A DNA stretch of 64,000 nt from an uncultured delta proteobacterium (lineage in GTDB: Bacteria; Desulfobacterota; Binatia; UBA9968). The notes under the pieces were generated by a model. The model saw only the letters and a program-made list of their open reading frames with translations, was not told the DNA's origin and did not search any database. The translations under genes and the position numbers were made by a program. Of this stretch, positions 1 through 7,917 are shown piece by piece; the first letter of the stretch is position 1, and the number at the start of each line of letters is the position of its first letter. The stretch covers positions 1,120,001 through 1,184,000 of the forward strand of contig CAVUVW010000013.1 of NCBI GenBank assembly GCA_963745035.1, given 5' to 3'.

Positions 1-147
1 CAAGTTATTGGCAAGATGTTACTCTGATCAAACCGTGTTGGCGCGGAAACAATATGGAAACAGGAGCAACGAATAGATTACAACCTGGGGCTCAGCACGA
101 GCAGGGTTCAGCAGGTCCAGAACCAGAGTTGTGCAGCAGCGAGTCAG

Positions 148-285
148 AAGGGTGCTAAGCCGGCTGATCTGCCTGTGGAGCAGAGGAAGACGTTTGAATT
201 TGTCGTTAATCTCAAAACCGCCAAAGGGATCGGGCTCGACATTCCGCAGTCGGTGCTGTTCCGAGCCGACAGGGTGATCAAATGA
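148..285 (+). pseudogene. Orphan 3' tail of an ABC_sub_bind (DUF534-type) solute-binding protein gene
   Basis: Manual translation [45 protein letters not shown] matches the C-terminus of the intact paralog at 2544-3536; the upstream frame is unrelated and has no start. Confidence 0.85.
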
Positions 286-287
286 AG

Positions 288-363
288 CCAGGACTGAATT
301 GAATTCTCCATCAACGCAATCTCGCGTGGCATCACATTGAAGCGTCGTTCAGTTCAATCCTAG
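288..363 (+). repeat. ~75-bp hairpin element, copy 1
   Basis: CCA-GGACTGAATTGAA-TTCTCCATCAA...TTGAAGCGTCG-TTCAGTTCAATCC-TAG; imperfect 13-bp inverted arms. Confidence 0.9.
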
Positions 364-470
364 GTTGAAATTAGCCTTTTTCCCCTCGACGAATCCGGTT
401 TTTGTTCTGCCGTAAACAACCCTTTTTTAAGTCTCCGTGTTCGTGATAAATAAACTCACGAGGTGGGCTG

Positions 471-549
471 GTCAATCTGAAGACGGCCAAGCAGCTCGCC
501 TAACTATTCCGCCCAATGTCCTGGCCAGAGCGGATGGGTGATGAAGTGA
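471..549 (+). pseudogene. Orphan, frameshifted 3' tail of an ABC_sub_bind SBP gene
   Basis: Reads VNLKTAKQL/LTIPPNVLARAD/VMK* across two 1-nt shifts. Confidence 0.75.
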
Positions 550-586
550 ACATAGCCGACATGTCGCAACATACAAAGACTACTCA

Positions 587-1533
587 TGTGTCCTGCGATA
601 TACGCTCTGCTTATTGAAACTGGCTTTCTCGCTAATGCCAGCAGCCGAAAGCGGTATTTAAGATCGGAATGCTCTGGAGGCGTCCGGACTCGGGTTATTC
701 CGTGGAGAGCTGCGTGAGCTTGGCTACGTTGAAGGGAAGAACATAATTTCCGAGTACCGACAGAGTGATGGAAAGCTCGACCGCGTTCCTGCCCTTGTTG
801 ATGAGCTGATTCGCCAGAAAGTTGACGTGCTCGTCGCTTCCTCGACACCCGGCGCCATGCTGCCAAGAACGCTACTTCTACGATCCCGATTGTTTTTTTA
901 ACTGTGCCCGATCCTGTCGGAGCTGGGCTGGTCGATAGTCTCGCACAACCAGGCGGAAACATTACGGGAGTCGCAAACATTACCCCCGATATGGCCGGCA
1001 AACGACTGGAGTTGCTAAAAGAAACTATTCCGAAGATTTCCCGTGTTGCAGTGCTTTGGGACCCACAAATCCCAGGCTCCGCCGAATCCTGGAAAGAAAG
1101 CCGCGTGCCGGCGCAGGAACTGGGTCTACTCCTTCATTCCATGGAAATAAGCAGCGCGGACAATCTCGATGCGAAGTTCGAAGAAACGGTTCAGGCGCGT
1201 AGCTCGGCGCTCATGCTAGCGGGTGGCACATTGGCTACCGCCAATCAAAAAACAATCGCGGATCTCGCCATAAAAAATCGTTTGCCAACGATTTCTACGC
1301 GCACAGATTTCGTGGAAGCGGCGTCTTAATGTCGTATGGCTCTGACTTAAAAGAACCTTACAAGCGCGTGGCATCCATCGTTGATAAGATCCTCAAGGGG
1401 ACGAAGCCCGTCGACATCCCCGTCGAACAACCAACAAAGTTTAAGATGTATATTAACCTCAAAACAGCAAAAGCAGATCGGCCTGACGATTCCGCCGAAT
1501 GTGCTGGCGCGGGCGGATAAGGTGATCAAGTAA
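587..1533 (+). pseudogene. ABC_sub_bind SBP, multiply frameshifted; start approximate
   Basis: Pieces QQPKAVFKIG, LRELGYVEGKN, PDPVGAGLVDSLAQPGGNITG, MSYG...VDKILKGTKPVDIPVEQPTKF and IGLTIPPNVLARADKVIK* occur in order across about five frameshifts. Confidence 0.85.
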
Positions 1534-1546
1534 CCACCCGGCGACG

Positions 1547-1620
1547 CTAGGATTGAACTGAATTCTCCTACAACCAAATCCTGTGGAATTTGTCCGTTGC
1601 GTCGTTGAGTTCAACCCTAC
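1547..1620 (+). repeat. ~75-bp hairpin element, copy 2
   Basis: CTA-GGATTGAACTGAA-TTCTCCTACAA...GCGTCG-TTGAGTTCAACCC-TAC. Confidence 0.88.
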
Positions 1621-1729
1621 CGGCTTTTTTGTGATTGTCTAGCCGAACTAAGCCGCCGATTGTTAGGGAGTATGCGGCCCCGCCGGTCAGCTTTTGGCGG
1701 AAGCCGTTGAGCTGGGTGGCTGATGGATA

Positions 1730-1830
1730 TTGCAACCGATTTGGATTTTATTGTCGGAGCCACCGCTGGAGATAAGCGGACCGGCATTTGTCTCCGCTTA
1801 CGGTGGCTCAATTAAAGATACAAGTTAGGA
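1730..1830 (+). mobile_element. Degenerate attC-like site
   Basis: Imperfect palindrome GCAAC..TTGGATTTTATTG..GAGCCACCG / CGGTGGCTC-AATTAAAGATACAA-GTTAGGA; ends 8 nt before the next ATG, as in gene cassettes; left core is non-canonical. Confidence 0.4.
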
Positions 1831-1838
1831 CACAAAAT

Positions 1839-2264
1839 ATGCGAAATCTGATTACCCTCTCTCTTATCGTCTTGGTTACGGCTTGTGGGACTATGAGTGC
1901 AGACCGCAGTGGGACTGCGAAACAACAGGTGGCTGAAGCAACTGCCGCCTGGGTTGCGGCGTATAATAGCCGTGATCCGGGACGTATCACCTCGTTGTAT
2001 GACCCCGAAGCTGTGTTCTGGGGAACGTCAGCAAAAACAATTTCTGCAAGCCCAGTTGCGATTGCCGATTATTTTAAGGATGCCGGCAAGACCCCCGACG
2101 CGAGAGTTACTCTCGGCGAACAGCATATTCGCGTCTATGGCGATGTGGCCATAAACACGGGCTACTACACATTCAGGAGTCCTGCTCGTTTCACCGTTGT
2201 CTACCGAAATCGGAACGGAAAATGGTTGATCGTTGATCACCACTCATCACGAGTTCCGGGGTAG
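1839..2264 (+). CDS. NTF2-like SgcJ/EcaC/DUF4440-family lipoprotein, cassette-like gene
   Basis: Lipobox LVTAC; WVAAYNSRD...LYDPEAVFWGT...ARFTVVY...WLIVDHHSS signature; bracketed by GTTAGG and an attC-like site. Confidence 0.85.
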   Translation: MRNLITLSLIVLVTACGTMSADRSGTAKQQVAEATAAWVAAYNSRDPGRITSLYDPEAVFWGTSAKTISASPVAIADYFKDAGKTPDARVTLGEQHIRVYGDVAINTGYYTFRSPARFTVVYRNRNGKWLIVDHHSSRVPG

Positions 2265-2281
2265 TTAGTTGTTATTCTCGA

Positions 2282-2370
2282 GTCCAATTCTTCAGGTGGA
2301 GTGTACGGGCCGCAAGCGTTCTGCAACAGTCGGTGTCTGTGCTGGCCCGCCGCTCACCAAGACGTTAGTG
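2282..2370 (+). mobile_element. Integron attC-like site
   Basis: GTCCAAT (R'' with one mismatch)-5 nt-GGTGGAGTG...GGGCC/GGCCC...CGCTCACC-AAGAC-GTTAGTG (R'-like); extrahelical base in the L box; 17 nt after a stop codon. Confidence 0.7.
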
Positions 2371-2446
2371 CCAGGATTGAACTGAATTCTCCATCAAACC
2401 AATCTCCGTGATCATCAAATTGAAGCGTCGTTCAGTTCAATCTCAG
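2371..2446 (+). repeat. ~75-bp hairpin element, copy 3; abuts the attC
   Basis: CCA-GGATTGAACTGAA-TTCTCCATCAA...TTGAAGCGTCG-TTCAGTTCAATCT-CAG. Confidence 0.92.
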
Positions 2447-2543
2447 GCTAAATTTGGTCTTTTTCACTGGCCGATTCACTGTTGCCTTCGGTCGCAAATC
2501 TTAGTTTCCCTCTGATACAGCCCGCGTGATAAACATGTGGGCA

Positions 2544-3536
2544 ATGAGGAAAGCTGGTGTCTTATCTGTCTTGGTAATGCTTGCTGTTGCAGTCGTAGCC
2601 GAGGCGCAGCAGCCAACAAAAATCCCGCGGATCGGATACGTCTCAGGCACGGGCACTGCGACTAATCAAGGTCCGTACGTCGAAGCTCTGCGCCAAGGGC
2701 TGCGCGAAGTAGGTCACGTCGAGGGGAAAACCTTCGTGATCGAGTATCGCGCCGCGGAGGGACAGATAGAGCGCGTACCAAGCCTCGTCGAGGAACTAGT
2801 ACAACAAAAGGTCGATCTAATGATTGCTCCGGTTCCAAACGCCATCCGAGCCGCTAAACAGGCAACCAAGACGATTCCTATTGTTATGGTGGCCAGCATT
2901 GATCCGGTCGCAACCGGAATGATCGATAGCTTGGCACGTCCTGGTGGAAATTTGACTGGCATCTCCACCCTAAACCAAGACCTAAACGGCAAACGGCTAG
3001 AATTGCTCAAGGAGGTGGTCCCGCAGCTATCACGCGTGGGAATTCTTCTGGATAGGGGAAGTTCGAGCACGAGTTCTACGGTAGTGAATTTGAAGCAGTA
3101 TGAGGACGCGGCCAGGGTTCTCAAGATAGAAATCCAATCGCTTGAAGTCCACGGACCGAAGCCCGACCTGGAACCTATGTTTAATACAGCCGCCAAGTTG
3201 CGCATTGGGGGGCTGGTCACAATCACTAATGCCAACCTCTTTATCCAACAAAAGCGGCTCGCCGAACTCGCGATAAAACATAGGCTGCCTTCAATGTTCC
3301 AGGGAAGCACCTGGGTCGATTCAGGCGGCCTTATGTCCTATGCAACCGACGAACTTGGCGCGTTTCGCCGAGCCGCGACTTATGTGGATAAAATACTCAA
3401 GGGCACAAAGCCTGCTGATTTGCCGGTCGAGCAGACAACAAAGTTTGAATTCGTAGTCAACCTCAAAACCGCTAAACAAATCGGTCTCAACATTCCGGAG
3501 TCGGTGCTATTCCGAGCTGACAGAGTAGTCAAATGA
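2544..3536 (+). CDS. ABC transporter substrate-binding protein (ABC_sub_bind/DUF534 type), intact
   Basis: Signal peptide ending AEA-QQP; IPIVM, SLARPGGNLTG, GGLMSY and [23 protein letters not shown] motifs; alternative starts at 2526 and 2535. Confidence 0.93.
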   Translation: MRKAGVLSVLVMLAVAVVAEAQQPTKIPRIGYVSGTGTATNQGPYVEALRQGLREVGHVEGKTFVIEYRAAEGQIERVPSLVEELVQQKVDLMIAPVPNAIRAAKQATKTIPIVMVASIDPVATGMIDSLARPGGNLTGISTLNQDLNGKRLELLKEVVPQLSRVGILLDRGSSSTSSTVVNLKQYEDAARVLKIEIQSLEVHGPKPDLEPMFNTAAKLRIGGLVTITNANLFIQQKRLAELAIKHRLPSMFQGSTWVDSGGLMSYATDELGAFRRAATYVDKILKGTKPADLPVEQTTKFEFVVNLKTAKQIGLNIPESVLFRADRVVK

Positions 3537-3590
3537 TACTGTTCCGTTGCCGTTGCCAGTGGTCAGCGGTTACCAAGAGCGTCTTCGCCA

Positions 3591-3674
3591 TTCGTTAATC
3601 TTAAAACCGCCAAGCAAATCGGCCTGAAAATTCCGGCTAATGTGCTGGCGAGGGCGAATAAGGTGATCAAATAA
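3591..3674 (+). pseudogene. Orphan 3' tail of an ABC_sub_bind SBP gene
   Basis: FVNLKTAKQIGLKIPANVLARANKVIK* in frame, no start. Confidence 0.85.
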
Positions 3675-3686
3675 CGAGGCGGCGTC

Positions 3687-3724
3687 CCAGGATTGAACTG
3701 TATTCTCCATCAATTCAATTTCAG
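3687..3724 (+). repeat. Hairpin element, copy 4, internally deleted
   Basis: CCA-GGATTGAACTGTA-TTCTCCATCAA joined directly to TTCAATTTCAG. Confidence 0.75.
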
Positions 3725-3809
3725 GTCGATGACCCTGGAGTGCTACGGTCCGTGCTGCCCGGCCCTTTTCCTGCGCGGGCGGACAGAGTGATAAAATAAG
3801 GAGCGCATT

Positions 3810-4472
3810 ATGATCGGTGCCAAGGCTCTGTTAGAAGGGATTCGGCAAGATTTGCAGCCCGTCACGGAACAGCTTCTGGGGCATCCTTACGTGAAGGCTC
3901 TGGAGGAAGGGCAGATTGAGCGGGAGAAGCTCCGTCTTTTTGCCGGCGAGCAGTACAGCATCATAGCGAGTGATCTCAAAAGCGTCGCTTATTTGCTTAG
4001 CCGCTTCGGTAGCGCTCCGAGCCGTGATTTCTTTCTCGGAATCCTGCAGGGTGAAAGAGCTGCCTGGGATGGCTTGCTAACGTTCGTCAATGCCCTCGGC
4101 CTAAGCGAAGCTCAACTGAGCAAGCACGAGCCAGCGGCTGGCGCTCATGCCTACACCTGCTACATGGCGTGGCTTGCGCTCTATGCCTCTGACGCCGAGA
4201 TTGCTGCTGCCTACCTGGTCAATTTTCCAGCGTGGGGTCAGAACTGTGGCCGCCTGAGCCGGATTCTGAAAGAGCGTTTCGGTATGGGCGAGAAGGAAGT
4301 CGCTTTTTTTGATCTCTTCGCCTCTCCTCCAACTACATTTGAAGCCGACGCTCTGAAAGTTATTCAGCAGGGACTCGATCGAGGCATCGAGCCGAGCCTG
4401 ATCCAACGGGCGGCTCGGTTACTCCAGGCCTACGAGCTCATGTATTGGGATACCCTCTACGGGGCGTCTTAG
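3810..4472 (+). CDS. TenA/THI-4/PqqC-fold (heme-oxygenase-like) protein
   Basis: HPYVKALEEG, EQYSIIASD and RLLQAYELMYWD motifs; AAGGAG RBS. Confidence 0.8.
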   Translation: MIGAKALLEGIRQDLQPVTEQLLGHPYVKALEEGQIEREKLRLFAGEQYSIIASDLKSVAYLLSRFGSAPSRDFFLGILQGERAAWDGLLTFVNALGLSEAQLSKHEPAAGAHAYTCYMAWLALYASDAEIAAAYLVNFPAWGQNCGRLSRILKERFGMGEKEVAFFDLFASPPTTFEADALKVIQQGLDRGIEPSLIQRAARLLQAYELMYWDTLYGAS

Positions 4473-4474
4473 CC

Positions 4475-4506
4475 GTGCTGGCAGGGCGGATAAAGTGATC
4501 GAGTGA
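4475..4506 (+). pseudogene. Very short SBP 3' tail remnant
   Basis: GTGCTGGCAGGGCGGATAAAGTGATCGAGTGA reads VLA/RADKVIE* with one shift; starts 2 nt after the TenA stop. Confidence 0.65.
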
Positions 4507-4529
4507 GCGAAGAAAACCAAGCGGCAATG

Positions 4530-4600
4530 CTAGGATTGAACTGAATTGTCCATCAATCTTAAACCACATCAAATTGAAGCGTCGTTCAGTTCAATGCTGG
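4530..4600 (+). repeat. ~75-bp hairpin element, copy 5
   Basis: CTA-GGATTGAACTGAA-TTGTCCATCAA...TTGAAGCGTCG-TTCAGTTCAATGC-TGG. Confidence 0.9.
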
Positions 4601-4902
4601 AATATAAATTCAGATCAACCCGGACATTTTGCAGACAGCTTAGGAAAAACTAGCGCCACGAAGCTAGAATAGACGGCCTGCTTAAAAGGCAATCAGAGAG
4701 TACTAACAAGTACCACATCATACTAAAACTCCTCGCATGCTTTCCCGCACGGAAATACTACATCGTACAGAGCCGTTTTGGCGGCAGTTCACGCACAAAA
4801 GGCGCACAAAACACGGCAGCGGTTTGGCCAAAATCATGTCCTTGACAGACTTTAGCGATCTAGGCGATATTTTGCGCGGTTAAACCCGCAAGGTCATCCT
4901 CG

Positions 4903-5355
4903 ATGGATCAATCAGTCGTCAGCGCGTTATCAGCGATCTTGGGTTCACTGGTTGGCGGTTCGGCCACCATTGCAACTGCTTGGATTACACAGAAGACGCA
5001 AAGCAGACGCGAGTTAGTCGGCGCCGAGATTCGAAAGCGAGAACTACTCTATACTGAGTTTATTGACGAGTGCTCGAAGCTGGCCATTGACGCTTTGGAC
5101 CACACGCTCGATGACACCACGAAGGTTTTTCGCGTTTACGCACTTTCAAGTCGCATCAGGCTCACATCGTCCGACATGGTGGTTGCGGCCGCAGATCAGA
5201 CCGTAAAGCATATTCTCACGAGCTATTTCAGGCCTAACATGACGAGGGAAGAGATTCGAGATCTGGCCCTTTCCGGAACTGCTGAAAAAGATCCGCTTAC
5301 GCAATTCAGCGAAGCCTGTCGAAACGAGCTTAAAGCATTGCAATCTGGCTTCTGA
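4903..5355 (+). CDS. Hypothetical protein with N-terminal transmembrane helix
   Basis: 150-aa ORF; hydrophobic N-terminus followed by a helical charged domain. Confidence 0.75.
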   Translation: MDQSVVSALSAILGSLVGGSATIATAWITQKTQSRRELVGAEIRKRELLYTEFIDECSKLAIDALDHTLDDTTKVFRVYALSSRIRLTSSDMVVAAADQTVKHILTSYFRPNMTREEIRDLALSGTAEKDPLTQFSEACRNELKALQSGF

Positions 5356-5511
5356 CGAAGCAGCTCGTCCGTCCACAAGGAAGCCTGTTACGGCAATTCG
5401 TATAATTCAAATCCTTATCAGAATCCCCGCCGCCGATAAATAATTTGCCTGAAACGAGGCGATCAATCACCCGTAGGCAGTGCCACTAAAAACATGGTGC
5501 GGAGGCCGCAA

Positions 5512-5631
5512 ATGAAAACTACTTTGAAATTATTCATTTTGGTCGCCAGCATTTTTGTGATGACGACTATGCCTAACCAGTGCGGGAACCGGACCGCCCA
5601 AGTCGCAGCTGAGAGTTTCTTGGCGGAGTGA
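5512..5631 (+). pseudogene. Truncated cassette-like ORF: signal peptide fused to an attC left half
   Basis: GGAGG RBS; MKTTLKLFILVASIFVMTT runs straight into GCCTAAC (perfect R'' at 5571) and a CCGCCCAAG/CTTGGCGG stem. Confidence 0.45.
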
Positions 5632-5638
5632 GGGTGGT

Positions 5639-5708
5639 GGCTAACCCTTCCATCGAGCAGACGGGCTGCCGGTGCGCGTCTCCAGCCGCCGCTCATCAAA
5701 CGTTAGTG
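5639..5708 (+). mobile_element. Integron attC-like site (70 bp)
   Basis: GGCTAAC-CCTTC-CATCGAGC-AGAC-GGGCTG...CAGCC-GCC-GCTCAT-CAAAC-GTTAGTG: R''/L''/L'/R' layout with an extrahelical base. Confidence 0.8.
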
Positions 5709-5782
5709 TTAGAATTGAACTGAATTCTCCTACAAAATTAATCCAGAGAATCTGCCTGAGGCATCGTTTATTTCAAACGTAC
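5709..5782 (+). repeat. Hairpin element, copy 6; abuts the attC, right arm overlaps the cupin stop
   Basis: TTA-GAATTGAACTGAA-TTCTCCTACAA...GGCATCG-TTTATTTCAAACG-TAC. Confidence 0.75.
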
Positions 5783-6091
5783 GGCGAGCCAAACCGTATT
5801 CGCGCTGGTGCGCGCCACTCGATGGCGCACGCTGCGCGGGATCATTACATAATCGCCTTCGCTCATTTCAACGATTTGACCGTCGGTGAATTCTAGCGCC
5901 GCCGTGCCGCGCAGCACGATCACCCATTCGTCTTCGGCTTGATCGTACCAGAACCCGGCCGGACTGCTGTGCGAGTGCGAGACGATTCGCTCGATCCTGA
6001 CGGCGCCGCTTTCGAACAAGACGAAAAAGTCTTCCGAGCTTGCCGCGTTTCCGGCGGCGTCGAAGATATTTCCCGCATTGGGGCGCGCCAT
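5768..6091 (-). CDS. Cupin domain protein
   Basis: RIERIVSHSHSSPAGFWYDQAEDEWVIVLRG...IPRSVRHRV; real start MARPNAGNIF inside the longer spurious ORF. Confidence 0.88.
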   Translation of the reverse strand: MARPNAGNIFDAAGNAASSEDFFVLFESGAVRIERIVSHSHSSPAGFWYDQAEDEWVIVLRGTAALEFTDGQIVEMSEGDYVMIPRSVRHRVARTSANTVWLAVRLK

Positions 6092-6093
6092 CG

Positions 6094-6757
6094 TTACATC
6101 CGCGCCCGGCGAATCGCCGGCACGTCGACGATGCGGCGCTGGCCCGGCGCCGGCGGGTTTTCCACCGCGCTGACGAGCGCGGTGATCATCTGCTCGATAC
6201 TGATCAGGCCAAGCCGCTCCGCCGTTGCCCGCGTGGCGGGTATCATTTCGGCGAGTCTGTAAAGCGGCTTGATCAGCACCGGCCAGCGACGGCCCGGACC
6301 GAGCACGTACCACGGCCGCAGGATCGTCGCCGCCAAACCGGATTCGCGAATGATCGTTTCTCCGAGAGTGCGCACCCACAAGTAGGCCTGCATGATCGGC
6401 GCCGGCTGGGCGACGCTGACGTAGATCAGATGAGCGGCGCCGATTTTTTTCGCTGCCGCCACGGTGGCGCGAATCGAAACCAGATCGATCTTCTCGAATT
6501 GATCGGCCTTGCTCGGAGTGGGATGGGGCGTGCCGACCAGATGAATCACCGTGTCGTCGGACCGCAACTCCGCCTCGATCGATGTGGCTTCGAGGGCGTC
6601 GCCGATGACCGACGTCGCGCCCGCGGGAACACGGCCCACCGACGCCGCGCGCGCGAGCGCGCGCACCCGATGCCCGCGCGCAAGCAGCACGGGAATCAAT
6701 TGAGCGCCGATGTAGCCGGTGCCGCCGGTGACAAAAATATTGAGTGGTGAGTGCCAT
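6094..6757 (-). CDS. NAD(P)-binding atypical SDR/epimerase (NmrA-like); 1-nt frameshift near start
   Basis: NIFVTGGTGYIG lies upstream in frame with ORF 6094-6699; the ATG at 6757 is one base out of frame. Confidence 0.85.
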
Positions 6758-6897
6758 TTGTTCGTTCAGCGCTGCGAGAAAATACTTCTACGGCGACGGA
6801 GACTGATCATGCCCGACGAATTTCTCTTGCGCCGGGAAAGGACTGAGGTACGGGAGACCGGAAAACTTTCATCTTTCCGCGCCCGCCGCCGATTCGA

Positions 6898-7917
6898 TCA
6901 CTTCAATTTCGCCAAGCCGTTATTCTGCGGCTCGTAGTCGCGGTCTTCCTTGCGCCGGCGCGCAACCGAGTCGTCGACGGTTTCGTTGCCGAAACGGGTG
7001 GCGCCCACCGCGCGGTAGTGCCGGGCATTTTTTCTGGCGTACACCCCGCCTAAAAAGCGCGCGTAGGAATCGGTGGATTCGCCGAGATAATTTTGCGCCC
7101 CGACCGTCACCGGATCGAGCGCCAAGCCGAGCGCCGCGGCCTTGTCCTGCATCCAGCGGAGCGGCATGTCGGAAAGTCTTCGGTCTGTGTAGCCGCCGCC
7201 GACGTCGCAATGGGCGCCCATGAACCAGCGCTGCTCCAGAGCTTGCGCCGGCGCCGACGGCTCCCACAGGCAAACGTCGTAGTCCCGGCGATGCTCGTCG
7301 ACGGCGACGGCGTGGCAGGCGTTTTCGACGAGACCGCACAATTTGGTGTCATGAAACTCGTAGTATTTCATGTTGGCGTCGGCGAGCACGTCCAAGGGAA
7401 TGCCCAGCGCGCCGACCGTGTCCCACACGCCGATAAATTTGATTTTGATCTCGCGGGAAAACGCCCGGCGAAACAACTTCGCCGTCGTGGAATCCGCTTT
7501 GTCGTCGCGCGTCCGGTAGATTCCATAGGCGATCGCCACCCGCAGCGCCAGATGTTTGGGATAGATCAAGCCGCAGTTGCGAATCATGCCGACCAGGCTG
7601 CGCGCCGTGTAGGCGCCGCGGCTGAATCCGAGAATATACACTTCGTCCCCGTCCTCGTACTGGTTGGCGAGATACTCGTAGCCTTGAACGATGTTGCGCT
7701 CCAGGCCGGCGCCGATGGCGCCGCCGATATAGCGATCGTACCAGTGGGCGCCGACGCCTTCGTCGTACCACTTCGCTTGTCGGACGCCGTTCTTGTCGCC
7801 ATCCCGAACCGCCTCGTAGAATCGGCAGACGTTGGTCTCGACCCGCCGGTCCGCCGCCAAGGCTTCATCCGCCGGCTTGTTCCAGGTGCCGTCAAAACAG
7901 ATCACGATGCGCTTCAT
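6898..7917 (-). CDS. DUF2235 alpha/beta-hydrolase-like protein
   Basis: ICFDGTWN, GFSRGAYTARSL, GVWDTVGALG and GAHCDVGGG motifs. Confidence 0.93.
   Translation of the reverse strand: MKRIVICFDGTWNKPADEALAADRRVETNVCRFYEAVRDGDKNGVRQAKWYDEGVGAHWYDRYIGGAIGAGLERNIVQGYEYLANQYEDGDEVYILGFSRGAYTARSLVGMIRNCGLIYPKHLALRVAIAYGIYRTRDDKADSTTAKLFRRAFSREIKIKFIGVWDTVGALGIPLDVLADANMKYYEFHDTKLCGLVENACHAVAVDEHRRDYDVCLWEPSAPAQALEQRWFMGAHCDVGGGYTDRRLSDMPLRWMQDKAAALGLALDPVTVGAQNYLGESTDSYARFLGGVYARKNARHYRAVGATRFGNETVDDSVARRRKEDRDYEPQNNGLAKLK

Noticed and set aside
1640-1670. GTTAGGG as another attC right end
   Set aside because: No matching R'' or L-box pairing upstream
4842-4871. Sigma70 promoter (TTGACA) before the hypothetical gene
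   Set aside because: The -10 match is poor, so support is insufficient
288-5782. Hairpin repeats as a CRISPR array
   Set aside because: Repeats are about 75 bp, degenerate, separated by 0.75-1.25 kb gene-containing intervals, and no cas genes are present
5768-6757. 329-aa ORF
   Set aside because: Off-frame read-through of the epimerase gene joined to the real 107-aa cupin
6898-7917. T6SS Tle1 effector
   Set aside because: No vgrG, PAAR or immunity gene; stand-alone DUF2235 is common
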